Shown: positions 9,880-22,192 of the stretch, piece by piece
Position numbering within the stretch: the first letter of the stretch is position 1
Layout of the letters: each line of letters starts with the position of its first letter
NCBI GenBank assembly: GCA_964524025.1
Contig: CAZGBT010000005.1
Location: 4,554-58,893 of the forward strand
Reading direction: 5' to 3'
DNA length: 54,340 nt
From: an uncultured archaeon
GTDB lineage: Archaea; Aenigmatarchaeota; Aenigmatarchaeia; CG10238-14; EX4484-224
Made by a program: the position numbers and the translations under genes
Notes under the pieces: model-generated
The model's database searches: none
Told to the model about the DNA's origin: nothing
The model's input: only the letters and a program-made list of their open reading frames with translations

Positions 9880-11366
9880 ACGAGTTATTCTTAACTTTAT
9901 TAGATGCATTTATCAAAGAAAGGAGTTTAGTAAAGCATCAAATAGATTCTTATAACGACTTTGTTACAAGAAGGATTCCTAAAATTTTAGAAAGTATTGG
10001 GACTATAAAACCAGAAGTTCCTGAGTTAGGTGATTTAAAAATTAAACTTGGGGAATTTAGAATTGGTAATCCATGCGTAAAAGAGGCAGATGGCTCCATA
10101 AGACCAATTCTACCTATGGAAGCTAGGATAAGGAGTCTAACCTATGCGGCCCCTATGTTTGTCGAAATGAAAGCCATATTAAATGGAATTGAAACACAAA
10201 GTGCTTTTGTCAATTTTGGAGACTTGCCAGTTATGGTAAAATCTAAAATATGTCCACTCTCAAAAATGTCAAGAGAGGAATTGATTAAAGTTGGTGAAGA
10301 TCCAGACGATCCAGGTGGTTATTTTATCATAAACGGGACCGAAAGGTTGTTAGTATTAGTAGAAGAAATTACACCTAACAAAATAATAGTAGAAAAGGTC
10401 GACTCTCAGACTGTTTCGGAAATTGCAAGAATACATTCGGAAAAGGATGGTTACGTACAAAAACATCTTTTAGAAAGAAGAAAAAATGGAATAATTACTG
10501 TAACTTTTGCCAATATACCGAGAATCCCCATAGCAATCTTAATTAAAGCCCTTGGGTTAGAAAGCGATAGAGAAATTTTAGAAGCCGTTTCGCTAGATAA
10601 AGAAGTTCAAGAGGAATTTTTAGTAAACTTGTACGAAGCTGGAGTTGCTACAGCAGAAGAAGCTTTTGAAGCTTTGGGGAAGTATTTTAAAATACCGCAA
10701 AAGAGAAGAAGGATGGAAAGAGTAAGAAGATTGTTAGATAGATATCTTTTACCACATTTGGGACAAAAACCAACTAATAGGCTTGAAAAGGCGATTTATT
10801 TAGCAAAAGCTGCAGAAAAACTAATTAAACTCCATCTTGGTAAAATAGAAGAAGACGATGTAGACCACTATTCAAATAAAAGGTTGAGACTAGCTGGTGA
10901 TTTGTTAGAATTACTCTTAAGAGCTATCTTACTAGGAAAATGGGGGCTTATAACAAGAATAACTTATAACTATCAAAAATTAACAAAAAGAGGCAGAATG
11001 CCACCACTCCAAGCAGTTGTAGAATCAAACGTACTTACTAATCAAATAATTTCAGCCATGGCTATTGGAACATGGGTTGGAGGGAGGACAGGAGTTAGCC
11101 AAAGATTAGAAAGAGGGAGTTTTGTCAAAACGATTTCTCACATGAGAAACGTTTTATCTCCTTTGACATCAACTCAGGAGCATTTTGAAGCGAGAGAACT
11201 TCATCCAACTCATTGGGGAAAGTTGTGTCCAAGCGAAACGCCTGAAGGTGCTACGATAGGTCTAAGAAAATACCTAGCTGTAATGGCAGAAGTAACTTAT
11301 GGAATAAGCGATGCTGAAAGGAAAAAGGTCGAAGGAATAATAAATCAATTCATAGTTAGAAGGTGA
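9876..11366 (+). CDS. rpoB2: RNA polymerase subunit B'' (Rpo2N)
   Basis: [34 protein letters not shown]. Confidence 0.96.
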   Translation: MNELFLTLLDAFIKERSLVKHQIDSYNDFVTRRIPKILESIGTIKPEVPELGDLKIKLGEFRIGNPCVKEADGSIRPILPMEARIRSLTYAAPMFVEMKAILNGIETQSAFVNFGDLPVMVKSKICPLSKMSREELIKVGEDPDDPGGYFIINGTERLLVLVEEITPNKIIVEKVDSQTVSEIARIHSEKDGYVQKHLLERRKNGIITVTFANIPRIPIAILIKALGLESDREILEAVSLDKEVQEEFLVNLYEAGVATAEEAFEALGKYFKIPQKRRRMERVRRLLDRYLLPHLGQKPTNRLEKAIYLAKAAEKLIKLHLGKIEEDDVDHYSNKRLRLAGDLLELLLRAILLGKWGLITRITYNYQKLTKRGRMPPLQAVVESNVLTNQIISAMAIGTWVGGRTGVSQRLERGSFVKTISHMRNVLSPLTSTQEHFEARELHPTHWGKLCPSETPEGATIGLRKYLAVMAEVTYGISDAERKKVEGIINQFIVRR

Positions 11367-11370
11367 AAAT

Positions 11371-14300
11371 ATGAAACTGGCTCATGTATTTTTTGATGGT
11401 AGATTTGTTGGCTATACAGATAAACCTGAAGAATTAGTTAAAAAAATTAGAGAACTAAGAAGAAAAGGAGAGATATCTTATCAAGTTAACGTAGCATACC
11501 ACAAGCATTTAAATGAAGTTAGAATATTCACAGATTCAGGAAGAGTAAGGAGACCGTTAATAATTGTAGAGAATGGGAAATCAAAATTAACCAAAGAATG
11601 GATAGAAAAGCTGAAAAAGGGCAAAGTCACTCTAAAAGATTTGATAAAGAATGGTATTATAGAATTCCTTGACGCAGAAGAAGAAGAAAATGCTTTTATC
11701 GCCCTAAAAGAGGATGAAGTAACAGAAAATCATACACATTTAGAAATTCATCCCTCAACAATTCTCGGTTTATCAGCCTCCCTTATTCCTTATGCTGAAT
11801 TTAACAGAGGCGATCGCGTAAATTATGGAGCTAAAATGGCTGGGCAAGCTATTGGCATGTTTTCCCTTAATTATCTTAGAAGAACTGATACAAAATCAAA
11901 CATTCTGTTATACCCACAAAAACCGCTTGTGCAAACTTTTGGCCACAAATTGATAAAATACGAAAGAAAACCCGCTGGAATTAATGTTACAGTTGCCTTT
12001 ATGCCATTCATGGGCTATAACATAGAAGATGCACTAGTATTTAATAAGGCTTCTATAGAAAGAGGACTTTTCTGGAGTTATATGTTCAGAACCTATACTG
12101 CAGAAGAAAAAAGGTATATGGGAGGACAAGAAGATGTTATCGGCATTCCTCAGCCTGGAATTAGAGGCTATGCTGGAGAAGATGCTTACAAGCATTTGCC
12201 AGAAGACGGAATAGTAAATCCAGAAACTGAAGTCAAAAGCGACCAAGTCTTAGTTGGCAGGATTTCACCTTTAAGATTTTTAGGATCTATAGATAGATTT
12301 ATAACTGGCTTAGAAAATTTAAGGGAAACTTCTATAAGGCTAAGGCATGGTGATAAGGGAATTGTAGATAGAGTTATTATAACAGAAACAGCCGACGGAA
12401 CGAAGCTTGTTAAAGTAATAGTCAGGGATTTGAAAATACCAGAAATTGGTGATAAGTTTGCAACGAGACATGGACAAAAGGGAGTTATAGGATTGGTGGC
12501 GTCACAGGAAGATTTGCCCTTTACGGAAGATGGTACAATCCCAGATATAGTATTCGACCCACATGGGATTCCTTCTAGGATGACGATGGGAAATTTATTA
12601 GAAATTATAGCGGGTAAAGTTGCCGCTCTTTCAGGAAAAATTTTATTTTCACCTCCGTTTTCTCCGATCGAGGAGAGAGAAATTAGAAGAAAACTTAAAG
12701 AACTTCATTATAGGGATGATGGAAAAGAAACTATGTACGAAGGGATGACAGGAAGGCTTTTACCATGCAGAGTTTTTATAGGAAGTTGCTTTTACGAAAA
12801 ACTCGACCATCTAGTTTCGAACAAAATTCATGCAAGAGCAAGAGGACCTGTTACTTTATTAACTAAGCAACCGACTGAGGGAAGGAGCAAAGAAGGAGGG
12901 TTACGATTAGGTGAAATGGAAAAGGACTGTTTGTTAGCTCATGGTGCTGTAATAACTCTTAAAGAAAGATTCGATTCTGATAAAGCTTTATTCCCAGTAT
13001 GCACAGAATGCGGCCTAATCGCTGTCAAAGATCATATAAGAAAGAGGGTCTATTGTCCGGTTTGTGGGGAAAGCAAGATAAGTTGGATAGAAATGAGTTA
13101 CGCTTTCAAACTAATGTTAGATGAACTCAAATGTATGTGCATCTATCCAAAATTAATAGTCAAAGACAATACAGTAGAGAAGATCGAATTTAGCATCCTA
13201 AGCCCCGAGATGATAAAGAAAATGGCAGCAGCTAAGATAACAAAGCCAGATCTTTACGATGAAGAGGGTTATCCTATCGAAGGTGGAGTAGTAGATCCAA
13301 GATTGGGTGTTGTAGACCCAGGTTTAAGGTGCAGAACTTGTGGCGGTAATATGAACGAGTGCAATGGACATTTTGGTTATATAGAATTAACAAGACCTGT
13401 GGTTCATGTTCTTTATGTAAAATTCATTTTGTTCTTACTTAAAATCTTCTGCAGGAAATGCGGAAGGATATTAATTGAACCAGAAGATATCAAAAAACTG
13501 CAAGAAAGGAAAATTACGCTTAAGGAGCTTGTTAAAAAAGTAAAGAAAGAATGTCCTTATTGCAAAGCTAAGCAAAAGAAGATAAAATTAATTAAGCCGT
13601 ATACGTTTGTAGAAGAAAATAGATTTTTAAACCCAATCGAGATTAGAGAAAGATTGGAAAAAATATCAGATGAGGATTTGAGATTACTTAAACTAGGAAA
13701 ATTTAGACCTGAATGGCTTATATTAACCTTATTACCAGTTCCGCCAGTTACTGTTAGACCATCAATTACATTAGAAACTGGAGAAAGAAGCGAAGATGAT
13801 TTAACTCATAAGTTGGTTGATATAGTTAGGATAAATGAGAGATTAAGAGAAAATATAGAACTTGGCGCTCCTGACTTTATTATTGAAGACCTATGGGAAT
13901 TATTACAATACCATGTAGCAACTCTTTTCGATAACGAACTAACTGGAGTTCCTCCAGCGAGACATAGGTCTGGGAGACCTTTAAAGACATTGACTCAAAG
14001 ATTAAAAACGAAAGAAGGAAGGTTTAGAGGTAATTTAGCGGGAAAAAGAGTTAATTTCTCTGCAAGAACGGTAATAAGTCCAGATCCCATGATTGAATTA
14101 GATGAAGTTGGTGTTCCTGTAGAAGTAGCAAAAGAATTAACAATACCTGTTAGGGTAACAAAAGAAAATATAGAAGAACTAAGAAAGCTTATTTTGAACG
14201 GCCCTAACAAGTGGCCTGGCGCTAATTACATTATCAGACCAGATGGTAGGAAAAAGAGAATAACAGATTTGAATAAGGAGGAAATAGCAAAAGAAATAGA

Positions 14301-15660
14301 CGTTGGTTATATAGTTGAAAGGCATTTGCAAAATGGTGATATAGTTCTTTTCAATAGACAACCAAGCCTGCATAGAATGAGCATGATGGCACATCGCGCG
14401 AGAATTATGCCATTTAAGACATTTAGACTCCATCTCTGTGTTTGTCCTCCTTATAATGCTGATTTCGATGGAGACGAAATGAATTTGCATGTACCGCAAA
14501 CGGATGAAGCGAGAGCTGAGGCAGAAATGCTTATGATAGTTCATAAGCATATAAGAAGCCCAAGATTTTCTGGTCCAATCATCGGACTAATAAGAGATTA
14601 TATAGCTGCTCTTTACCTTTTAACCAAAGATGAAACAAAGCTTGATAGAAAGAATTTCGTGAGACTTATTAGGTTTGTAGACAAAGAAATAGAAATACCA
14701 AAGAAAAAAGTAATGAGCGGTAAGGAAATTTTCTCTTTATTTTTACCGAAAGATTTTTCAATAGAATATAGGAATAAAAGTGGTGAACTTGTTGTCATAA
14801 AAAGTGGTAAACTAATAAAAGGTGTTATAGACAAAGCAGGCGTAGGAGCTGAAAGTGGGAAAATATTAGATAAATTGGAAAAAGAATACGGACCTAAGGT
14901 TGTATGTGATTTTATGTCCAAAATTTCGAGGCTTTCTATTTATTTTTTGACGCTTTACGGTTTTTCCATTAGTATTTCAGACCAAGATTTGCCTATAGAA
15001 GCAAGAAAAGCAATCGATAGTATAATAAAGAAAACTGAAAGAGAAGTTAACAAATTAATAGAAGAATTTGAAAGAGGCGAACTAAAAGTATTAGCCGGTA
15101 GATCCCCAAAAGAAAGTTTAGAGCATGCCATCAAGATTGTATTAAGGAATTGTTTAAATGAAGCACAAAAGATACTAGTAAAATTCATGAAAGAGAATCC
15201 AACCCTCATAATGGCAAAAAGTGGGGCTAGAGGTGATATAGTAAATATTTTACAAACAGCGGCATTAGTTGGTCAAGAAATGATAATGGGTGAAAGAATA
15301 GAAAGAGGATATTATCACAGAACGTTTCCTCATTTTAAGATAGATGATATGAGCCTAGAATCAAAAGGTTTTGTTAGACATGGCTTTAAAGATGGGCTTA
15401 CACCATTTGAATTTTTCTTCGACGCCATGAATTCAAGAGAATCTTTGATGGACAAATCGCTTAAAACAAGACATTCTGGTTATATGGAAAGAAGACTAGT
15501 AGGCGCTTTAGAAGATTTAAAAGTAGAATATGATGGTACTGTTAGAGATGCTTCTAAAAGGATTATCCAATTTTTAGCTGGAGAAGATGGATTAGATCCT
15601 TCTAAAATAAGAAGAGGTGGTATAAATGTCAGAGAGATCGCAGCTAGATTATTTGGGTAA
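11371..15660 (+). CDS. rpoB1-rpoA1: Fused RNA polymerase subunits B' (Rpo2C) and A' (Rpo1N)
   Basis: aa 1 to ~599 carry [12 protein letters not shown] and GGLRLGEME; aa ~600-1429 carry [18 protein letters not shown] and [10 protein letters not shown]; no stop between them. Confidence 0.93.
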   Translation: MKLAHVFFDGRFVGYTDKPEELVKKIRELRRKGEISYQVNVAYHKHLNEVRIFTDSGRVRRPLIIVENGKSKLTKEWIEKLKKGKVTLKDLIKNGIIEFLDAEEEENAFIALKEDEVTENHTHLEIHPSTILGLSASLIPYAEFNRGDRVNYGAKMAGQAIGMFSLNYLRRTDTKSNILLYPQKPLVQTFGHKLIKYERKPAGINVTVAFMPFMGYNIEDALVFNKASIERGLFWSYMFRTYTAEEKRYMGGQEDVIGIPQPGIRGYAGEDAYKHLPEDGIVNPETEVKSDQVLVGRISPLRFLGSIDRFITGLENLRETSIRLRHGDKGIVDRVIITETADGTKLVKVIVRDLKIPEIGDKFATRHGQKGVIGLVASQEDLPFTEDGTIPDIVFDPHGIPSRMTMGNLLEIIAGKVAALSGKILFSPPFSPIEEREIRRKLKELHYRDDGKETMYEGMTGRLLPCRVFIGSCFYEKLDHLVSNKIHARARGPVTLLTKQPTEGRSKEGGLRLGEMEKDCLLAHGAVITLKERFDSDKALFPVCTECGLIAVKDHIRKRVYCPVCGESKISWIEMSYAFKLMLDELKCMCIYPKLIVKDNTVEKIEFSILSPEMIKKMAAAKITKPDLYDEEGYPIEGGVVDPRLGVVDPGLRCRTCGGNMNECNGHFGYIELTRPVVHVLYVKFILFLLKIFCRKCGRILIEPEDIKKLQERKITLKELVKKVKKECPYCKAKQKKIKLIKPYTFVEENRFLNPIEIRERLEKISDEDLRLLKLGKFRPEWLILTLLPVPPVTVRPSITLETGERSEDDLTHKLVDIVRINERLRENIELGAPDFIIEDLWELLQYHVATLFDNELTGVPPARHRSGRPLKTLTQRLKTKEGRFRGNLAGKRVNFSARTVISPDPMIELDEVGVPVEVAKELTIPVRVTKENIEELRKLILNGPNKWPGANYIIRPDGRKKRITDLNKEEIAKEIDVGYIVERHLQNGDIVLFNRQPSLHRMSMMAHRARIMPFKTFRLHLCVCPPYNADFDGDEMNLHVPQTDEARAEAEMLMIVHKHIRSPRFSGPIIGLIRDYIAALYLLTKDETKLDRKNFVRLIRFVDKEIEIPKKKVMSGKEIFSLFLPKDFSIEYRNKSGELVVIKSGKLIKGVIDKAGVGAESGKILDKLEKEYGPKVVCDFMSKISRLSIYFLTLYGFSISISDQDLPIEARKAIDSIIKKTEREVNKLIEEFERGELKVLAGRSPKESLEHAIKIVLRNCLNEAQKILVKFMKENPTLIMAKSGARGDIVNILQTAALVGQEMIMGERIERGYYHRTFPHFKIDDMSLESKGFVRHGFKDGLTPFEFFFDAMNSRESLMDKSLKTRHSGYMERRLVGALEDLKVEYDGTVRDASKRIIQFLAGEDGLDPSKIRRGGINVREIAARLFG

Positions 15661-16759
15661 GATTGAGTTACCAAAGAAAATTTTGGATGAAATAGAAGAG
15701 GTCTCCAAAGAACTGAAACTAAATAGAAAACAGAAGGAAAAATTGATAGAAGAAGTAAAAAAAGAGTATTTAAAGTCATGCTTCGAGGCGGGGGAAGCTA
15801 TAGGACTTTTGGCTGCACAAAGCATCTCCGAGCCGGCCACCCAAATGACAATGCGAACATATCACTTCGCTGGAATCGCTGGAATAAAGGTAACTCTTGG
15901 TTTACCAAGACTCATAGAAATTTTTGACGCAAAAAAAGAACCAGAAACGCCCTCTATGACAATTTATCTCAAAAAAGAATTTAATACTAGAGACAAAGCA
16001 AGAAAAATTGCCAAAATGATAATAGAGAAAAAGATGGAAAGATTCATCGATAAAACTATTATAAAATTGGAGACTGGGACTATAGAACTCGAGCCTTCCG
16101 ATAAAAGAAAAATGAATACACTTGCAAGAATAATAGAGGAAAATCTAAAAAATGTGAAAGTAAAAATAAAGAAAAAAACTATCGAAGTTATACCTAGAAA
16201 AGAGTTGGATGTCGTTGAGTTAAGAAAGTTGAGAGAGAAAATATTGGGTCTTCATGTAGAAGGGATAAAAGGTATAGAAAATGCCATTGTAAGAAGGGAA
16301 GGCAACGAATGGATCATAACTACTATTGGCTCTAATCTAAAGGATGTTATGGAATTGCCTCAAGTAAATTGGAAGAAAGTAAGAACTAATAACATACACG
16401 AAACCGCAAAGGTTCTTGGAATAGAAGCAGCTAGAAATTTGATAATAGAAGAAGCCTCAAAAACTCTTCAAGAACAAGGTTTAGATGTAGATATAAGACA
16501 TGTTATGCTAGTTGCTGACATAATGACATTTTATGGAAAAGTGCTGCCTATAGGAAGGTATGGAATTGCGGGGAGGAAAACTTCTGTCCTTTCAAGAGCA
16601 GCATTTGAAGAGACCGTAAAACATTTAGTTAGAGCTTCTATAAGGGGTGAAGTAGACGCGTTTAAAGGAATTTTTGAAAACGTGATGATTGGAAAAGTTG
16701 CTCCAGTCGGTACAGGCATGTTCGAATTAATCACAACTTTAACTAAAGAGAAGTTATGA
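15626..16759 (+). CDS. rpoA2: RNA polymerase subunit A'' (Rpo1C)
   Basis: [37 protein letters not shown]. Confidence 0.96.
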   Translation: MSERSQLDYLGKIELPKKILDEIEEVSKELKLNRKQKEKLIEEVKKEYLKSCFEAGEAIGLLAAQSISEPATQMTMRTYHFAGIAGIKVTLGLPRLIEIFDAKKEPETPSMTIYLKKEFNTRDKARKIAKMIIEKKMERFIDKTIIKLETGTIELEPSDKRKMNTLARIIEENLKNVKVKIKKKTIEVIPRKELDVVELRKLREKILGLHVEGIKGIENAIVRREGNEWIITTIGSNLKDVMELPQVNWKKVRTNNIHETAKVLGIEAARNLIIEEASKTLQEQGLDVDIRHVMLVADIMTFYGKVLPIGRYGIAGRKTSVLSRAAFEETVKHLVRASIRGEVDAFKGIFENVMIGKVAPVGTGMFELITTLTKEKL

Positions 16760-17016
16760 TAGAAAAAAAGATTAAGGAGGCCATCAAAAAAGGAAAAGTA
16801 ATTCTTGGTTTTAGGGAATCGCTAAAAGCTATTAAAAATGGTAAAGCTAAGGAAATAGTAATTGCTGAAAACATACCTGAAAACCTTAGGGAAGTAATTG
16901 AATATAATGCAAAAATAGGCAAGATTAAGATTGAAGTTTTTAATGGGAGTAGTGTAGAGCTAGGAAGGCTATGCGGCAGACCATTTCCGGTCTCCACGCT
17001 AGTTATTAAAAGATAA
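16756..17016 (+). CDS. rpl30e: Ribosomal protein L30e
   Basis: [16 protein letters not shown]; conserved position after rpoA''. Confidence 0.93.
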   Translation: MIEKKIKEAIKKGKVILGFRESLKAIKNGKAKEIVIAENIPENLREVIEYNAKIGKIKIEVFNGSSVELGRLCGRPFPVSTLVIKR

Positions 17017-17017
17017 T

Positions 17018-17437
17018 ATGATAACCTTTGACACAGAAACCATAAGATTGATAAATATGTTTGAAAACTTAGCCCAAGTTACAGTTAAGGATTGTGTCTT
17101 AGATAAAGAAAACAACACGGTTATATTCATAGTAGGCGAAAATGAAGCTGGATATGCTATAGGAAGAGGTGGGAATAAAATTAGGATTATCGAGAAGCTT
17201 ATCAATAAAAAGATCAAAGTCTTTGAGTATTCACCCAACTTGAAAAAATTTGTAAAAAACCTCATCCCTTATGCTACAAACATTTCAATAGAAGAAAAAG
17301 ACGGCGGCAAAATAGTTAAAATTTGGGTTGATAAGCTAAATAAATTCCACGTAATAGGAAGAAATAAAAGGAATCTTAAACTCTACAAACTAATATTGGA
17401 GAGAAATCATAGAGTTAAAGATTTAATAGTAAAATAG
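17018..17437 (+). CDS. nusA: Archaeal NusA (KH domains)
   Basis: AIGRGG and [10 protein letters not shown] loops; synteny. Confidence 0.92.
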   Translation: MITFDTETIRLINMFENLAQVTVKDCVLDKENNTVIFIVGENEAGYAIGRGGNKIRIIEKLINKKIKVFEYSPNLKKFVKNLIPYATNISIEEKDGGKIVKIWVDKLNKFHVIGRNKRNLKLYKLILERNHRVKDLIVK

Positions 17438-17450
17438 CAAAGATAGAAAA

Positions 17451-17876
17451 ATGGCAAGAGGAGAATTTGCTGCTAGAAATTTAAAAAGGAAGAGGAAAAA
17501 GTTTAGATGGTCGAAGGAATCCTACAAAAGGAGAGTTCTCCAGCTTTGGAAGAAAGATCCATTAGAGGGAGCTCCTATGGCTAGAGGGATTGTAATAGAA
17601 AAGAGAGTTGTTGAACAAAGAAAACCATCTTCTGGTTTGATTAAGTGCGTTAGAGTTCAACTTATTAAAAACAATGCATTAGTAACAGCTTTCGTACCTG
17701 GAGAAGGTGCCATAGATTTCATAGACGAGCATGATGAAGTTATAATAGAGAAAGTTGGAGGAAGTCAGGGTGGCTCTTTAGGAACCATGGTCGGTATCAA
17801 ATACAAGGTAACCATGGTTAATGGAGTAGCCTTAAGTGAAATACTGAAAGGGAAAAAACAAAAACCAACTAGGTGA
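17451..17876 (+). CDS. rps12: Ribosomal protein S12 (uS12)
   Basis: [35 protein letters not shown]. Confidence 0.95.
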   Translation: MARGEFAARNLKRKRKKFRWSKESYKRRVLQLWKKDPLEGAPMARGIVIEKRVVEQRKPSSGLIKCVRVQLIKNNALVTAFVPGEGAIDFIDEHDEVIIEKVGGSQGGSLGTMVGIKYKVTMVNGVALSEILKGKKQKPTR

Positions 17877-17881
17877 AATGA

Positions 17882-18490
17882 ATGGATAAGCCGAATTTTA
17901 AAATATTTGGAAGGTGGGATTCTTCTGGAATTAAAGTTAAAGACCCTGGATTAGCACCTTATATAAATCTCTCTCCGGTTTTAATACCTAAATCAAGAGG
18001 TAGACATGCCAAAACTCAGTTTCACAAATCTAAAATGCACATAGTTGAAAGGCTTATAACAAGGCTTATGGTCCCTGGTCATCGAGGAAAAAAACACGTT
18101 ATAAGCTCTGGCAGATGTACAGGTCATTATTTGAAAAAATGCAAGATTGTGATGAAAGCTTTTGAAATTATAGAAAAAAAGACTGGAAAAAATCCTATAG
18201 AAGTGTTAGTTAGAGCAATTGAAAATGCTGCAATAAGAGAAGAAATAGCAAGTTATCAGGTTGGTGGCATAATAGTTAGGAGGGCTGTCGTTACAAGCCC
18301 TCAAAGAAGAGTTGATTTGGCCTTAAGGTTAATGGTACAAGCAGCTTATAGGAAGGCTCATAACACCAAATTAACGATGGCTGAAGCATTGGCCCAAGAG
18401 ATTATAGGAGCTTATGAAAACAACCCTGCCAAAAGCGAGGCTATAAGAGAAAAAGAGAGGATAGAAAGAGAGGCCGAAGCTGCAAGATAA
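17882..18490 (+). CDS. rps7: Ribosomal protein S7 (uS7)
   Basis: NPIEVLVRAIENAA.REE, SPQRRVDLAL. Confidence 0.96.
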   Translation: MDKPNFKIFGRWDSSGIKVKDPGLAPYINLSPVLIPKSRGRHAKTQFHKSKMHIVERLITRLMVPGHRGKKHVISSGRCTGHYLKKCKIVMKAFEIIEKKTGKNPIEVLVRAIENAAIREEIASYQVGGIIVRRAVVTSPQRRVDLALRLMVQAAYRKAHNTKLTMAEALAQEIIGAYENNPAKSEAIREKERIEREAEAAR

Positions 18491-18520
18491 TAAAGTTTTT
18501 TTACTAAATTTTGTATTAAC

Positions 18521-21500
18521 ATGAAAAAGTCAATGATAGAAAGGATCAAGGAAGTTATGAAACATCCAGAAAGAATTAGAAACGTCGCTACAAGTTCACA
18601 TGTACACCATGGAAAATGTGTAGATCCCGATTCCCTTATTTTTACTCTAGAAAAAGTAATAAAAGCTAAGGAATTGTTTGAATTGGCAAAAAGATATGGA
18701 AAGCCAATTAAGAAAACAAGAGAAGAAGAAATTTATGAAATTTCCAACCTTAACCTGCACACTCTTTCGGTTTCAAATAATGGAATTGAAATAAGAAAAA
18801 TCGTCTATGCTTGGAAACTCTTCAACGAAGATCCGCTAATAGAGGTACAACTATTGGATGGGAGGAAGGTTAAGGTAACTCCTATGCATAAGTTTATTTG
18901 CTTTAAAAATGGAAGATTTTGCGAAATAGAAGCAAAAGATTTAAAGATAGGAGACAGGGTTTTGGCCCCAAGAAAAATATTAACCAAAGAAATGAGTTTA
19001 GATGATATTAAAAGACTTTTCCTAGAAATTTTAAGCAAAGACTATGGATTTTTAGTTTACTTAGAGCCAAATTTTGGAAAGGAGTTGCATAAAAAAATAA
19101 TTCAAAATGGTAGGAAACAAATTTGGAGGACGATTGGTTCGAAGCTTAAATTTTTATCGTTTTACCACGGGGTTTGGAGGGGGAGATATAGGCTTAGGGA
19201 TTATGTTAGGCTGCTCGAAATATTTGGTTATGATAAGGCTTTTGGATACGAAAAAATTGAAAAGATTAGTTATAGAAAGGGTCTAAAAAGATTTGGAAGC
19301 AGAACTTCTAATAAGTTAAAGATTCCAAAAACCTGGCAAGAATTTTTAGAGTTATTTTATTTAGTTGGAGCATTATTTGGTGATGGTAGTGTAAACCTAA
19401 CCTTTGACAACGAAAATGATCTATTGCTTAATAGGGTTTCCGAAATTTGTAAGAACGTGTTCAATATTGATTGTACTCTCAAAAAGTATAAAGAAAGATG
19501 CAAAAGGCTTTACCTAAACGGCGGCTTAACTCTTAAGAAAATCTTCCAACATCTTTTCCTTTACAAGAATAAAGAAAAATCAAGAAATTTAGACTTACCA
19601 AATTATTTCTTCAACTTACCATTGTCTATTGTTTCTATGTTTCTAAAGGGTTATTATGATACCGATGGCTATGTTCATCAACAAGTCTGTTTAACTTCTG
19701 CTAGCAAGGAAATCATAAGAAAGCTTCAGCTCTTATTGTTAAGGTTCGGAATTTTTTCGTACATAAGAGAGAAGAATGGTTATTATTATCTGAAAATTTC
19801 AGGAAAGACGCACTTAAATTCTTTCGAGAAGAACATAAGTTTTTCGATTCCTTATAAAAACAAGAAGCTTCTTATGTTAGTATTAAATGCTTCTTATTCG
19901 AAAATATATTCGAAAGCGATTGATTTGGGGTACTTTCTTGCAATCCCTGTTGCTAGTATAAAAGTTGTAGATAATGTAAGAGAAGTTTATGATTTTACAG
20001 TTGAAGGAACACACAACTTCATTGCTGATGGATTTTTTGTTCACAACACAACTCTAACTGACAATTTAATGGCAGGGGCAGGAATGATAGCAGAAGAATT
20101 AGCAGGAAAAATCATGTTTACATGGTTCGATGAGCAAGAGAGAAAAAGACAACTAACAATCTATGGAGCAAACGTATCGATGGTCCACAATTATAAAGGT
20201 AAAGATTATCTTATAAACCTTGTTGATACACCTGGGCATGTAGATTTTGGTGGTGATGTAACAAGAGCTATGAGGGCTGTTGATGGAACTATTGTTTTAG
20301 TATGTGGTGTAGAAGGAGTAATGCCACAAACAGAAACTGTTTTTAGACAAGCGTTAAGGGAGTATGTCAAACCTGTTTTATTCATAAATAAAGTTGATAG
20401 GTTAATTAAGGAATTAAAGTTAACTCCAGAGATGATGCAAAAAAGATTCGAAAAAATAATCAAAGACGTTAACGATTTAATAAAAAAGTATGCACCAAAA
20501 GAATTTAAAAACGAATGGTTAGTAAGCGTTAAAGATGGTAGTGTAGCTTTTGGGTCTGCATTTAAGAGGTGGGCAATTTCCATACCATTCATGCAAGAAA
20601 GTGGCATTACATTTAAGGAAATTATTAAACTAACGCTTGAAGGGAGAGAGGATGAACTAGCTAAATTAGCCCCCTTACATAGAGTGGTTCTTGATATGAT
20701 AATTAAGCACTTACCATCGCCTGTAGAAGCGCAGAAATATAGAGTACCAAAAATTTGGTCTGGTGATGTAAATAGCGAAATTGGAAAACAAATGATAAAT
20801 TGTGATGCAAACGGAAGGCTTGCAGCCATAGTAACAAAAGTTGTTCCAGACCCGCATGTTGGATTTGTCGCTACAGTTAGAATTTTCTCAGGTAAATTGT
20901 ATAAAGGAAAAGATGTGTTTTTGGTCTCGCTAAATAAGAAAAGAAAAATTCAACAAGTAGCTGTCTATAAAGGAATTCAAAGAATACCAGTAGAAGAAAT
21001 AGTAGCTGGTAATATAGCAGCTGTAGTGGGTATACCTGAGGCTTTTACAGGAGAGACAGTTTGTGATGCGGATTATATAATAGAACCGTTTGCTGAGATA
21101 AAGCATTTATTCGAGCCTGTTGTCACAAAATCTATTGAACCAAAAAATCCAATGGAACTTACTAAATTAGTTGAGGCTTTAAAGAAGATTGCAAAGGAAG
21201 ATATAACCTTGCAAGTTAAAATAAACCAAGAAACTGGCGAATACTTAGTTTCTGGTTTAGGCGAGTTGCATCTAGAAGCTAAAGTAGAGAATAAACTCAA
21301 AGAGATGGGAATTGATGTAATAATGTCAAAACCTATTGTTGTTTACAGAGAAACTATAACCAAAAAATCTCCAGTAATCGAAGGGAAGTCGCCAAATAAG
21401 CACAACAAACTTTACATAACTGTAGAACCACTGGAAGAAGGTGTTTATCAAGCTATGCTTAATGGAGAAATCCCAGATTGTATAGAAATAAAGAAAAAAC

Positions 21501-22144
21501 GCTTAGATTTGTTTAAGAAATTAGCCGAATGCGGGATGCCTTATGATGAAGCAAAAAACGTTAAAGTTATTCACCATAAAAACGTTTTTATAGATCTCAC
21601 AAAAGGTGTACAATTTTTGAACGAAGTCATCGAAATGATAAAAGCTGCTTTCAAAGAAATAATGGAAGAAGGTCCTCTCGCTAAAGAACCTTGTACAAAG
21701 GTTAAGGTAAAGCTTATAGATGCAGAACTTCATGAAGATCCAGTTCACAGAGGTCCAGGGCAAATAATGCCAGCAACTCGTTATGCTATAAAGAAAGCAA
21801 TGCTTTCTGCAGGTATTCAATTGCTTGAGCCAAAACAGATAATTAGGATAGATACGCCTAGCGATCTAATAGGAAACGTTATAAGGGAAGTTGAGAGGAG
21901 AAGGGGTCAGATTCTTAACATAAGCGAACATGAAGGGGCTACCGTTGTAACAGCAAAAATACCTGTTAGCGAAATTTTTGGTTTTGATGCAAGCCTAAAA
22001 TCGGCTACCAGTGGAAGAGGTTTTTACAGCTTAGTCGATATAGTTTTCGAAAGGCTTCCGCAAGACTTATTCACTAAAACTGTTTTGGAAATAAGAAGAA
22101 GGAAAGGAATGAAAGAAGAAATACCAACCCCTGAAAGTTTATAG
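18521..22144 (+). CDS. fusA: Elongation factor EF-2, intein-containing
   Basis: DTPGHVDF, NKVD, GLGELHLE and HEDPVHRG (diphthamide His retained). Confidence 0.96.
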   Translation: MKKSMIERIKEVMKHPERIRNVATSSHVHHGKCVDPDSLIFTLEKVIKAKELFELAKRYGKPIKKTREEEIYEISNLNLHTLSVSNNGIEIRKIVYAWKLFNEDPLIEVQLLDGRKVKVTPMHKFICFKNGRFCEIEAKDLKIGDRVLAPRKILTKEMSLDDIKRLFLEILSKDYGFLVYLEPNFGKELHKKIIQNGRKQIWRTIGSKLKFLSFYHGVWRGRYRLRDYVRLLEIFGYDKAFGYEKIEKISYRKGLKRFGSRTSNKLKIPKTWQEFLELFYLVGALFGDGSVNLTFDNENDLLLNRVSEICKNVFNIDCTLKKYKERCKRLYLNGGLTLKKIFQHLFLYKNKEKSRNLDLPNYFFNLPLSIVSMFLKGYYDTDGYVHQQVCLTSASKEIIRKLQLLLLRFGIFSYIREKNGYYYLKISGKTHLNSFEKNISFSIPYKNKKLLMLVLNASYSKIYSKAIDLGYFLAIPVASIKVVDNVREVYDFTVEGTHNFIADGFFVHNTTLTDNLMAGAGMIAEELAGKIMFTWFDEQERKRQLTIYGANVSMVHNYKGKDYLINLVDTPGHVDFGGDVTRAMRAVDGTIVLVCGVEGVMPQTETVFRQALREYVKPVLFINKVDRLIKELKLTPEMMQKRFEKIIKDVNDLIKKYAPKEFKNEWLVSVKDGSVAFGSAFKRWAISIPFMQESGITFKEIIKLTLEGREDELAKLAPLHRVVLDMIIKHLPSPVEAQKYRVPKIWSGDVNSEIGKQMINCDANGRLAAIVTKVVPDPHVGFVATVRIFSGKLYKGKDVFLVSLNKKRKIQQVAVYKGIQRIPVEEIVAGNIAAVVGIPEAFTGETVCDADYIIEPFAEIKHLFEPVVTKSIEPKNPMELTKLVEALKKIAKEDITLQVKINQETGEYLVSGLGELHLEAKVENKLKEMGIDVIMSKPIVVYRETITKKSPVIEGKSPNKHNKLYITVEPLEEGVYQAMLNGEIPDCIEIKKKRLDLFKKLAECGMPYDEAKNVKVIHHKNVFIDLTKGVQFLNEVIEMIKAAFKEIMEEGPLAKEPCTKVKVKLIDAELHEDPVHRGPGQIMPATRYAIKKAMLSAGIQLLEPKQIIRIDTPSDLIGNVIREVERRRGQILNISEHEGATVVTAKIPVSEIFGFDASLKSATSGRGFYSLVDIVFERLPQDLFTKTVLEIRRRKGMKEEIPTPESL
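18617..20047 (+). mobile_element. 477-aa intein with LAGLIDADG endonuclease in the EF-2 P-loop
   Basis: HGK|CVDPDS...VTPMHKF...GALFGDG...GYYDTDG...YDFTVEGTHNFIADGFFVHN|T. Confidence 0.95.
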
Positions 22145-22192
22145 CTAAAAATTTAAATTTAGATGAATTAAAGCTAAGTAATTGGTGAGATA

